In this document: piece after piece, positions 27,200 through 36,282 of the stretch
Numbering within the stretch: position 1 is the first letter of the stretch
How the letters are laid out: the number at the start of each line of letters is the position of its first letter
Source: an uncultured Bacillota bacterium
GTDB lineage: Bacteria > Bacillota_I > Bacilli_A > RF39 > UBA660
NCBI GenBank assembly: GCA_946617625.1
Contig: CAMOKF010000001.1
Span: 22,064 to 86,063 of the forward strand
Reading direction: 5' to 3'
DNA length: 64,000 bases
Notes under the pieces: model-generated
The model's database searches: none
The model's input: only the letters and a program-made list of their open reading frames with translations
What the model was told of the DNA's origin: nothing
Translations under genes and position numbers: made by a program

Positions 27200-28144
27200 T
27201 TAATATTTTTCATTAAGTACTAAAAAATCTTCTTGTAAATCATTTATGTCTTTATTTTTATCTACATATTCTATTTCTCTAACTATTTTATATTCGCTTA
27301 AATATTTCTTTAGTCTCTGTGTTCCCTTTCTTCCAGCCTCATCTGGGTCTAATGCTAAAATATATTTTCTTACTGGTAAATGTTGTAGCATTCTTATTTG
27401 ACTTGAACTTCCAGTACCCATTAATGCGACAGCTGGTAAACCTAACTTCCATAATGTAAGACAATTTAAAAAACTCTCTGTTATATAACATTTTTTATAT
27501 GAACCGAGTTGAAATTTCTCTGCACAATATATAGGTTTATCTTTTGTTTGTGGTATGTGAAAGAACTTACCTTCAACTGAACGTGTTGCAATCATTATTA
27601 CATCACCAGCATAATTCTTAACTGGAAAAGTTAAACATTTCTTTTCTTTGTCATAACCAATATCAAACTCTTCTATGATTTCGTCTGTTAGTCCTCGTTC
27701 ATACATATATGGATGAATGTATCTGTATTTATCTAATTCTTCTTCTGTTATGATTTTATCTTTTTCTTCTTTTTTAGAATTATTAAAAAATGACATTATA
27801 GGTTTTCGATTTTCTATTTCAGTAGAATTAAAATTTGTCACTAACCATTTTAATCCATACTGACCAAAATCTGTATGATGGCCGAATAATTCTGAAATCA
27901 TAGTTGTAATATCACCTGACCAATTACAACTAAAACAGTGTGCTTTACCATTATTTATATTTATTCCAAATGATGGTTTTCTCTCTTGACCATTCTTATG
28001 AAATGGGCAAGTACACTGAATATTTTCTCCATTAGGTTTTATATCTCTTAAATAATCTAAACCCTGATTATTAAGTTCTAACTTCAATGTATTAAGAACA
28101 TCTATCATCTCTGCTTGAATAACAGCACTCTCTAATTCAATCAT
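27200..28144 (-). CDS. dnaG: DnaG-type DNA primase
   Basis: Zinc-binding CTCPFHKNGQERKPSFGINI...CFSC; TOPRIM residues (YITESF..., LALDPDEAGRKG). Confidence 0.85.
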   Translation of the reverse strand: MIELESAVIQAEMIDVLNTLKLELNNQGLDYLRDIKPNGENIQCTCPFHKNGQERKPSFGININNGKAHCFSCNWSGDITTMISELFGHHTDFGQYGLKWLVTNFNSTEIENRKPIMSFFNNSKKEEKDKIITEEELDKYRYIHPYMYERGLTDEIIEEFDIGYDKEKKCLTFPVKNYAGDVIMIATRSVEGKFFHIPQTKDKPIYCAEKFQLGSYKKCYITESFLNCLTLWKLGLPAVALMGTGSSSQIRMLQHLPVRKYILALDPDEAGRKGTQRLKKYLSEYKIVREIEYVDKNKDINDLQEDFLVLNEKY

Positions 28145-28145
28145 A

Positions 28146-28400
28146 TTATTTAAATCCTAAAATTATACAATTATCTTTTAAACCAAAACCAGAATAAACA
28201 TATTCTATCTGAAATGTTCTGCCATTAATAGTATGGTCTGGAATTGCTATAGTTAAGTTATTAACAGCTTCAAATTGAATATTATCACCTATATTATAAT
28301 CTTTATCATTATAAACACCAATACATCGATATTGATTATCTAATATATTATCTGCGTAGCCCTCTGGTATTCTAATAATATGAATATTTGTATTTGTCAT
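28146..28400 (-). CDS. hypothetical protein
   Basis: ORF in minus-strand array. Confidence 0.45.
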   Translation of the reverse strand: MTNTNIHIIRIPEGYADNILDNQYRCIGVYNDKDYNIGDNIQFEAVNNLTIAIPDHTINGRTFQIEYVYSGFGLKDNCIILGFK

Positions 28401-28522
28401 ATATAATCCACCTCATTTCTATAACCAGTATATTATTATTTCAACTAAATATTGCAAGAAGTATAAGCATAAATATAATTGCTCCATAGTATATTAACTT
28501 CCATTTTGTTTCTTCTTTCATA

Positions 28523-28876
28523 TTAGTCTGCAGTATTATCTTTTGTATCTATGTCTTCTGTGTCTTCATCTGCGTCACACACATTCACAATATTTGGGTG
28601 AATAAGGCTGGCAGCTGACTGCGTTTCTGCTTCAAACCTTCCTAGTTCTTCACTAACTAAGCCTGAAAGATATACAAAATTCCCATTTAAATCTATTAAT
28701 CTTTTATATATAATATCTAATATGTCATACACTGTTTTAGAATTTAAACATTCATTATTATTCGATAATATATCAAATAATAATTTAAATTCTGATACTT
28801 GTTTGATAATGTCATCCTCAAAATCATAAAACTGTTTTTGTTTGTCTTTTATAATCTCTATTCTGTCTTTAAACAT
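28523..28876 (-). CDS. hypothetical protein
   Basis: ORF in minus-strand array. Confidence 0.45.
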   Translation of the reverse strand: MFKDRIEIIKDKQKQFYDFEDDIIKQVSEFKLLFDILSNNNECLNSKTVYDILDIIYKRLIDLNGNFVYLSGLVSEELGRFEAETQSAASLIHPNIVNVCDADEDTEDIDTKDNTAD

Positions 28877-28877
28877 A

Positions 28878-29087
28878 TTACTCTCCCTTTGTATGTTTTA
28901 GTGTTCCATAATAATGTCTGTCTTCTCCTTTACAGAGAAATACAGGTTCTCCTTCAATAAATAATCCCATATCTGCGCCACACTCTGGACACTTCTTTGG
29001 AACTGTTTCATCTTCATCTGTTAACCAAGGTTCTCCATCACTCTGTAATAAGATTTCTTCTTTATCTTCATTAATTATTTTCATCAT
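28878..29087 (-). CDS. hypothetical zinc-ribbon protein
   Basis: CPECG...C motif. Confidence 0.4.
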   Translation of the reverse strand: MMKIINEDKEEILLQSDGEPWLTDEDETVPKKCPECGADMGLFIEGEPVFLCKGEDRHYYGTLKHTKGE

Positions 29088-29488
29088 TTTTTTTCCTCCT
29101 GTGAATAATTATTTATTATATATTCTGCTAAATTATTAATGTTAGGTAATAGTTGATTATAAACATCAACCTTTTGTATATATCTAGGTGATTCTGAATC
29201 TCCTACATAAATCTCATACTCACATCTACTCCAAAAATAATAACTTATTTCTCGTCTTAATTTCTCGACAAAACTATTATATTGTAGTTCTGTATCTAAA
29301 AGTTTTTTAACATCTTGACAAAATTTCCAATTATTAAAAATGTTAAACATTACAGTTTCTCGTAAATTTACATCCCACATTAAAACATACCATTGAAAAT
29401 TTTCTTTATTGTCTTCGTGTTCAAAATGAATATGCCTTAAATTTATTGTTCCCATAATATCCTCCTTATTAAATAATCTATTTACCAC
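29084..29488 (-). CDS. hypothetical protein
   Basis: ORF in minus-strand array. Confidence 0.45.
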   Translation of the reverse strand: MVNRLFNKEDIMGTINLRHIHFEHEDNKENFQWYVLMWDVNLRETVMFNIFNNWKFCQDVKKLLDTELQYNSFVEKLRREISYYFWSRCEYEIYVGDSESPRYIQKVDVYNQLLPNINNLAEYIINNYSQEEKK

Positions 29489-30044
29489 TTCTTAACATAC
29501 AGAATAATAATTCTATAATTGAACGATGCCGATGTCCTGGACTACATTGTAGAGCAACTTTCAACTCATATCTTTTATCTGGTACTAATTCTGTAGGATT
29601 ATTAAACTCATCTTCTAACTGTCTGAACTCTGGAACTAAAACCATTATTCCGTAATTTAAACTACTTTCAGGATTAGTTTTTTCTAAATGCTTTCTAAAC
29701 TTATCAGACTGATTTATATCTAAAATTAGCTTTTTATAAACTTCCATAGTTGTAACAATATAATTCTTCTCGCCATAGAAGTTTAGTCCATTTCCACTAT
29801 ATACATCTTCATAGCAAGACTTGATTTCATAGCAAACAAAAGAACCAGCTTCTAATCCACTATTTGAATATTGATTAATCGGAATAAATTGCATCACATC
29901 TATTCTTTTAGGATGTGCCTTTGTATAATCAAGAGTTACTTCTGTAGCATAATATTTCCTATCATTAAGTCTTGTGTTGATTAAGGTATCTGTTAGTAAT
30001 TTTGTGATTTCTACTCTATTCATCATTACCTTTCTTGACATCAA
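29478..30044 (-). CDS. hypothetical protein
   Basis: ORF in minus-strand array. Confidence 0.45.
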   Translation of the reverse strand: MMSRKVMMNRVEITKLLTDTLINTRLNDRKYYATEVTLDYTKAHPKRIDVMQFIPINQYSNSGLEAGSFVCYEIKSCYEDVYSGNGLNFYGEKNYIVTTMEVYKKLILDINQSDKFRKHLEKTNPESSLNYGIMVLVPEFRQLEDEFNNPTELVPDKRYELKVALQCSPGHRHRSIIELLFCMLRSGK

Positions 30045-30903
30045 TAATTATTTGTTCAAACTCACATTGTTGAACTGCAAGTTTCTTTAATCTAATATCA
30101 TCAATGTCATTCCAACCATATAATCTAAATCTAGCATTTACTCTAATGTCAGTTAGTAATAAATTACTAAACTCACAATTTTTATTATTGCCGTCAAGAT
30201 AAACTAACTTTTCATCTTTATTAGGAAAATGTCCAGTATTCTTCCAGTAAATGTATTGTGATAAATAAGCATACCTATGTTCTTCTCCTACTTGTTTAGT
30301 TTCTTCATCAGTTAATCTGATTCTAGGTAACTTGCGACTATCTAAATAAATTTCGTGGTCATATCGTGATTGTGGTAAATAAGTTCTTCTGTCTTTAGGT
30401 TTAGCTAACCACTGTCTATTCTTTCTAGTACAAGTTGATGATATACATTCAACACTTCTATTCTCACCAAACTTTTTATTAAATTGTTTAGTTAATTCAT
30501 CTCTATAATATTTTGATGAATTTTCTTTCAACCAATTTAACTGTTCTTTAGAAAAATGTTTTCCTTGATTAACACCTAAACTTGTAGCTCTACTTCTTAG
30601 CTGAGCTGATGTTCGTTTTGTATTAAACCGTTCATTAAACAACTGTGCAAACTTATTACTATGTCCAACTTGTTTATAGTTATCTCTAATAAAATCTAAT
30701 TGTTCTTTTGTAAACTTCGTATATTCTGTTTTTTGTTTCTTTAATCCAAGTCTATTAACTTTAGAACTTACAGACTTTACAGTTTTACTGACATTAAATT
30801 TATTGTTAAGATTTTTAGTTAATTCTGAATAAGTCATTTTATCATAGTTAGACTCAATAAATTTAATCTCTTCGTCAGTAAAACTTTGATATACCTTACT
30901 CAT
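30016..30903 (-). CDS. HNH endonuclease with N-terminal repeated DNA-binding modules
   Basis: Three repeats (FTDEEIKFIESNY / FTKEQLDFIRDNY / FSKEQLNWLKENS) then C-terminal VYLDGNNKNCEFSNLLL (HNH-like). Confidence 0.5.
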   Translation of the reverse strand: MSKVYQSFTDEEIKFIESNYDKMTYSELTKNLNNKFNVSKTVKSVSSKVNRLGLKKQKTEYTKFTKEQLDFIRDNYKQVGHSNKFAQLFNERFNTKRTSAQLRSRATSLGVNQGKHFSKEQLNWLKENSSKYYRDELTKQFNKKFGENRSVECISSTCTRKNRQWLAKPKDRRTYLPQSRYDHEIYLDSRKLPRIRLTDEETKQVGEEHRYAYLSQYIYWKNTGHFPNKDEKLVYLDGNNKNCEFSNLLLTDIRVNARFRLYGWNDIDDIRLKKLAVQQCEFEQIIIDVKKGNDE

Positions 30904-30908
30904 ACAAA

Positions 30909-31142
30909 TTACCCAATTAATTTATCAATACGTTTATGTTTACCTTGCATTTTATCTGAACTCAAAACTACTTTTGCAATATTAATTGCTTGTTTCGATA
31001 GTTGTGACAAAACTTGAGATTTTTCAATTTCGTTCTGTCTTTCTGTAGGTGTCAGACCATCATCTAGTATTACATCTGCCTGTCCAGTTATTCTCCCATA
31101 AAGTTCTAATAATGATATTTGTTTCTTTGCTCGTTTCTTCAT
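30909..31142 (-). CDS. hypothetical protein
   Basis: ORF in minus-strand array. Confidence 0.4.
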   Translation of the reverse strand: MKKRAKKQISLLELYGRITGQADVILDDGLTPTERQNEIEKSQVLSQLSKQAINIAKVVLSSDKMQGKHKRIDKLIG

Positions 31143-31242
31143 AGTTTTTCTCCTTTTTTCTATTTCTTTTTATGTAGTTACAATTATATAACTAATAACT
31201 AATGACTCCAGGGTACTTACATTATACAATGGAGCTAAATGT

Positions 31243-31680
31243 TTAACAAATTTGGTCTACTATTTCTGTACAATTTTCCATTACATAATCTAAATCTTTT
31301 GTTGTTGGAGGATAATCATCCCATATAGGTCTACAACCTAAATCTAAATCTTGTAATCCTTTTATATATCTTTGTTGTTCTTCATCTGTAAAATATTTCA
31401 AAGCTGTTTCATAATCTGGTAAATCATCACAATGATTACAGTCAAAACCTATCCACCAAGTATCTTTATCATCTTGTCCTACTAAATAGTTTCTTGAGTA
31501 GGTTAAACCAAAGTGACATTGTATATCACATAATGGTTCAGACATAAAATCTTCAAGACCATAATACTTATGTTCTTTAGGTAGTCCTACATAACCACAT
31601 CGATGTCCCATTTTTTGAAACACGACAACACAAGGATAACCTTTATATTCAAATCTTGTTTCAACTTTCCAATCTTTCAT
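31243..31680 (-). CDS. hypothetical Cys/His-rich protein
   Basis: ORF; HRCGYVG...CHFG...FDCNHCDD. Confidence 0.45.
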   Translation of the reverse strand: MKDWKVETRFEYKGYPCVVVFQKMGHRCGYVGLPKEHKYYGLEDFMSEPLCDIQCHFGLTYSRNYLVGQDDKDTWWIGFDCNHCDDLPDYETALKYFTDEEQQRYIKGLQDLDLGCRPIWDDYPPTTKDLDYVMENCTEIVDQIC

Positions 31681-31681
31681 A

Positions 31682-32080
31682 TTATTCTCCTAAATATTTT
31701 TTAAGTTCATCATAATAACGTCCTCTATTACCTAGAATTTTCTTAGTGTAACACATAGCTAAACCTTTTTCTTTGTCATATTTTTCTCCGTCTTGAGTCT
31801 TTACTACTGTTTTAGTTCCATCTTTCCAAAGAACTATTGTAGCAGGGTCACTAAATATAACTTTTAAAGGTGTGATAAAATTAGAATAATGATTAGGTGT
31901 AAATTCACATAAATTAAAATCATCACCACATCTATAATAAAACTCTAACATAGTTTTATCTAAATCTGTTACATCACTAAATGTTACTTGAGCTGTTGGA
32001 CTACCTGATGAATGATAATAATTTAAACCTTGTCCCACATCAAACACATCAACACCACACTGATATTCAACTACTTTCAT
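31682..32080 (-). CDS. hypothetical protein
   Basis: ORF in minus-strand array. Confidence 0.45.
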   Translation of the reverse strand: MKVVEYQCGVDVFDVGQGLNYYHSSGSPTAQVTFSDVTDLDKTMLEFYYRCGDDFNLCEFTPNHYSNFITPLKVIFSDPATIVLWKDGTKTVVKTQDGEKYDKEKGLAMCYTKKILGNRGRYYDELKKYLGE

Positions 32081-32093
32081 AAATTATACCTCC

Positions 32094-33359
32094 CTAAAAT
32101 TCTTCATCTACATCGTCATATTGTTTTCTTAAATCTTCTGACCTTTGAACATCATTTACTCCACCCCTGTTTGATGGAATATAATCTAGTCTACCTTCAT
32201 CGATATTCCAAAGGTACGTTAATTTAGCATTAACACTTGAGTTTCTAGATTTCTTTAATGATAGATGTAATTCATTATTCTTCTGTTGTACTGCAATTAC
32301 AATACTAGCATTGTAAGCAATACCATCACTATCTCTAATATTAGTTAGTTCCAAATCTTCTGTAAGTGTACCCTCTCTATTTGATTGAGCAACTATGATA
32401 ACTGGAACTCCTAACTCAATAGATAATTCCATTAAGTCTTCACTAATATTTGTTAGTTGAGTAGTTTTATTATCTCCTCTTTCTTTTCTTTCATCCTTTA
32501 AGTAACTAATACCGTCAATAGCTAACATATCAAGTTTATTACTTTCTACAAATGTCTTTAATTTACTAACTGTTACTTTTCTTTGAAAATCTTTAGGATG
32601 AACTACATAAAGTGGTGTATCAGTTTCTTTTAAATATTGAATATATTCTTCATAATTTTCTACATCTTCACCACGAACTAATTTAGAATTTGATACATTA
32701 TTTTCCCAAGTATCAAATCTGTAACCAATTCTATTAGCACTCATTTCAGGTTCAAGTAAACCAACCCTCTTCTTCATTTTCCAAGCGTGATTCACCATTT
32801 TTAGAAGTACCCAAGATTTACCTTGATTAGTACGTGCAAATAAAACTACTAATTCTTCACCTGTATGAAAACCACCAATGATTTCATCTAATTCTTCGAA
32901 TCCCGAAGGAATAAATTTACTATCACTATTTTTCTTAACTTCTAAATATTCATCTAATCTACTTTGAGCTTCGTGAATAATATCTACACCTTGAACAAAT
33001 GATTTTAATTCGAGGTCTTCAATATGTTTCTGTAAATATCTCACAGCTTCATAAGAATTTTCTTGATATAAATCATCTACCTTCTTTAATATTGGAATAG
33101 ATTTAGAGTATAAATACTCTTCTTCAAAAGTTTTAGCTAAATACTCATCTGATTCATTCACTTGAATAATATCGAAATCTGAAAACTTATCTAGAAAAGA
33201 TTCTACATCTGGAATATTTCCATAATTATTTTTATGCTCTTTTATGAACTTCCATTCTTCAGCATACTCTGTAAAATATTCATCAGTAATGTTATAAGTT
33301 TTTATGATGTCATCATTACCGGTACTTAATATTTTATTTATTACTTGTAATTCTATCAT
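32094..33359 (-). CDS. DnaB-like replicative helicase
   Basis: Walker A LVVLFARTNQGKSWVLL, Walker B MLAIDGISYL, arginine-finger region VIIVAQSNREG (DnaB ALSQLNR). Confidence 0.7.
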   Translation of the reverse strand: MIELQVINKILSTGNDDIIKTYNITDEYFTEYAEEWKFIKEHKNNYGNIPDVESFLDKFSDFDIIQVNESDEYLAKTFEEEYLYSKSIPILKKVDDLYQENSYEAVRYLQKHIEDLELKSFVQGVDIIHEAQSRLDEYLEVKKNSDSKFIPSGFEELDEIIGGFHTGEELVVLFARTNQGKSWVLLKMVNHAWKMKKRVGLLEPEMSANRIGYRFDTWENNVSNSKLVRGEDVENYEEYIQYLKETDTPLYVVHPKDFQRKVTVSKLKTFVESNKLDMLAIDGISYLKDERKERGDNKTTQLTNISEDLMELSIELGVPVIIVAQSNREGTLTEDLELTNIRDSDGIAYNASIVIAVQQKNNELHLSLKKSRNSSVNAKLTYLWNIDEGRLDYIPSNRGGVNDVQRSEDLRKQYDDVDEEF

Positions 33360-34022
33360 TTAGTTTAGCCCCCTCTTATCAGTTTCTTTAAACTCGATAA
33401 CTTGGCTACAACCAAATAATCTACTTGCAAGTCTATCTCCTAATAATTGATAACTTTTATCTTTATCACAATTACCAGTAAAAATATTTGCTTTACCTGA
33501 ATTAATTCTATTATCTATATATTGAAGCATTATTTGATGTTCATAAGAAGTAAATTCTGAACTAGGTAAATCATCCCATATTACAAGTTCACAATTTTCT
33601 ATATTATCGCATAATTCTTCAAATCCATTAACATCTTTACTAATTGATTGTTTACAATTATAAAGAAATTTTGGGACATTAATGAATAATCCGTGACAAG
33701 TAAATCCAGCAATATTCCAAATTTTATCAAAATGTTTGATTAATAATCTTACAGACCAACTTGTTTTACCATTACCACAATTTTCTGAATAAATATATAG
33801 ATTTCTACCTTCATTTACAAATGTATCTATATTTGTTTCTATTTCTTTTAATTGCATAAAAGCTTCAGCATCTGTATTACCACAAGTTAATTGCTTATAA
33901 CTCCATAAATACTCTGGAAGATTACTATGTTCCATAAGAGATTTCATACAATTATATCTAATACAAGATTCTGTGCAAGTATTAGTACATATTTTTTTAT
34001 ACCAACAATTATTTATGTCCAT
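33360..34022 (-). CDS. AAA+ helicase loader (DnaC/IstB-like) with Cys-rich N-terminus
   Basis: Walker A SENCGNGKTSWS, Walker B LVIWDDLP; adjacent to DnaB-like gene. Confidence 0.5.
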   Translation of the reverse strand: MDINNCWYKKICTNTCTESCIRYNCMKSLMEHSNLPEYLWSYKQLTCGNTDAEAFMQLKEIETNIDTFVNEGRNLYIYSENCGNGKTSWSVRLLIKHFDKIWNIAGFTCHGLFINVPKFLYNCKQSISKDVNGFEELCDNIENCELVIWDDLPSSEFTSYEHQIMLQYIDNRINSGKANIFTGNCDKDKSYQLLGDRLASRLFGCSQVIEFKETDKRGLN

Positions 34023-34148
34023 TTTATAAATTCCTTTATATTGTAGAATGTAAATTTTAATTCATATTTCACTTTTTATTTATAAGATATATATTTTTAT
34101 AACTATTATATAAAAAATGAAATTTAATATTATTTTTTATCATCTAAA

Positions 34149-35045
34149 TTAGAATATATATTGCTCATTATCATTATTATCTATTCTCTGTTTAATTTCA
34201 GCAATTCGTTGATTATGTTCTTCTACTGTTTCAGTATCAGTTGTATCTAATCTATACGATTGTTTTTTAGAATTATTTTTATTTATAAATATACCTTTAT
34301 AACCTTGTTTAATAGAATTAGATATTGCTTCTAATTGTTTTTGTTCTGATACTTCAGATAATTCATTAAACATTACAGTAAGTTGATTATTTCCAGGATA
34401 ATCTTTATTATCTATTCTATCTTCATAAAACTCTAAAAGTTTTTCTTTTACTTTATCACTAAAATCATATTCTTCAAATTTAGCTATTACTAAATCAACA
34501 GCTTTATCCTTTTTAGATTTTTTACTAACACTAACACTCTTCTCATTTTTAGCAGTACTTATATTATTATCTATAGTACTTATATTATATTTAATAGTAC
34601 TTGTATCCTGCTTTGAACTAGTACCGTCTTGTACTTGTTCATTTGGGATATTGTTGCTTGTAGTATTATTTTCATTATCTACAGTTATTTTTATATCTTC
34701 TATGCTTTTAGGATTTATTATATATGATACTTTAACATACCAACCAGATATTTTGCCATTTTTTCTTCTTTGAACAATATCAATTAAACCATTTTCTTTA
34801 AGTGTTTGTTTAGTATTTCTTATTTTATTTATTCCCCACTTTAATGCTTTTTTAATATATGCATCATTAGCTTTAATTATATTAGTATTTTGCCATTTAG
34901 CAGTTTTATAGTAAAATACATATAAAGCAATACAATCTGCACAATTATCTAAGCAAAATAAATTATCTATAGTTTGTTTAGGTATAACTAATAAATCACT
35001 GGCTACATCTTTTAGTTCAATATTATTAATGTTATTATCACTCAT
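34149..35045 (-). CDS. possible replisome organiser (DnaD-like N-terminal winged helix)
   Basis: Position upstream of loader/helicase and next to iteron/IR region; weak similarity only. Confidence 0.35.
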   Translation of the reverse strand: MSDNNINNIELKDVASDLLVIPKQTIDNLFCLDNCADCIALYVFYYKTAKWQNTNIIKANDAYIKKALKWGINKIRNTKQTLKENGLIDIVQRRKNGKISGWYVKVSYIINPKSIEDIKITVDNENNTTSNNIPNEQVQDGTSSKQDTSTIKYNISTIDNNISTAKNEKSVSVSKKSKKDKAVDLVIAKFEEYDFSDKVKEKLLEFYEDRIDNKDYPGNNQLTVMFNELSEVSEQKQLEAISNSIKQGYKGIFINKNNSKKQSYRLDTTDTETVEEHNQRIAEIKQRIDNNDNEQYIF

Positions 35046-35242
35046 AATAAACTTTCTCCTTTAAGATATAAAAAAAAATAATCTATATAATAGGATGTAC
35101 CAACCGGACAGCAGTTAAAAATAAAAAATTAACCTAATAAGAAATTAGGGACCAAACAAAAATTTTTACTTTTTATAGGTGATACACCCTATTATATAGA
35201 CTATTCACTTAAGTATATTTTTTGTTTGGAATTTGTTTATTT

Positions 35243-35271
35243 ATTATAATAAATATTCTATGATTTGTAAA
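35243..35271 (-). promoter_or_regulatory. sigma-A-type promoter (no palindrome)
   Basis: Minus strand TTTACAAATCATAGAATATTTATTATAAT; 17-nt spacer. Confidence 0.5.
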
Positions 35272-35276
35272 TAATA

Positions 35277-35409
35277 AAATATACTACAGATAAGATTTTT
35301 TTAAAATTGAGGAAAAATTAATTCGATAGAGAATCAATTTTAAATATGTATAAAAATTACTATAAATGTGGTTATCATAATAATACAGTTACTTATCTGT
35401 AGTATATTT
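35277..35409. repeat. 18-bp perfect inverted repeat (AAATATACTACAGATAAG / CTTATCTGTAGTATATTT) flanking 97 nt
   Basis: Arms 35277..35294 and 35392..35409 read directly. Confidence 0.7.
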
Positions 35410-35439
35410 ATATATAAATAATGTATCTAGAAAGAGAAT

Positions 35440-35475
35440 ATCCTAACTATGGTAGTTATCCTAACTATGGTAGTG
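35440..35475. repeat. tandem direct repeat, 2 x 18 nt (ATCCTAACTATGGTAGTT/G)
   Basis: Read directly in the 468-nt AT-rich intergenic region. Confidence 0.7.
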
Positions 35476-35513
35476 ATAAAAAGCAGTAGATACATTAATT
35501 ATATCAAATTATT

Positions 35514-36011
35514 TTAATCTCCTTTAACTATATCATCAACTTGGTCATCTACGTCTTTATTTATTCTATTTATAAGTTTAGACTTTTCTTCCTGAATTTC
35601 AGATTCACTAGCATTTGGGTCAATCTTTCTTTTTTCTCCAATTTCTATTTTATACCAAATACTATTATGTTCTATAGATATTCCAGATATATAACTAATT
35701 TCTGATGGATATGAAATATTTTTAGAATTATCTGTATTAATCGTATATGTATTTGAGTTATCTTTATCATCATTAGTATTATTTAATGTTGATGTATTTT
35801 CTGATTTTAATACTTCATCTTTTAATGGGTCAACTGGATAATCTCTATAATCTACATCTTCATTAGATTCTACATAACCAGCACATTCTGTAGCTGGAAC
35901 TTCTTTATCTGCAACTACATAAGAAACTCCATTACATTCCTTACAATTTTTATCTGCTGCATCTCCTGCATATTTACATTTTTTCATATAATTGTACCTC
36001 CCTATAATCAA
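35514..36011 (-). CDS. hypothetical protein
   Basis: ORF in minus-strand array. Confidence 0.45.
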   Translation of the reverse strand: MIIGRYNYMKKCKYAGDAADKNCKECNGVSYVVADKEVPATECAGYVESNEDVDYRDYPVDPLKDEVLKSENTSTLNNTNDDKDNSNTYTINTDNSKNISYPSEISYISGISIEHNSIWYKIEIGEKRKIDPNASESEIQEEKSKLINRINKDVDDQVDDIVKGD

Positions 36012-36279
36012 TTAAATAAAATGTATCTTTTGGTATTGTAATATCTAATATGACTTCTAAATTACAAACAGTAACATTTAAAGGTATTCTCCATACACCT
36101 TTAATTCTAGGTACATTTGTATTACCTACAAGTGTTTTAGCAATATCAATACCAACATAAAATTTATAATCTTTAGAATAATAATACTCCATAAGTGTTT
36201 CTTGTAACTTACGTATTGAGTTTGACATATTATTTACTAATTTAAGTTGTTCATCTGTTAATTCTTCTATCTTCTGCAT
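35974..36279 (-). CDS. hypothetical protein
   Basis: ORF in minus-strand array. Confidence 0.45.
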   Translation of the reverse strand: MQKIEELTDEQLKLVNNMSNSIRKLQETLMEYYYSKDYKFYVGIDIAKTLVGNTNVPRIKGVWRIPLNVTVCNLEVILDITIPKDTFYLIDYREVQLYEKM

Positions 36280-36282
36280 ACA

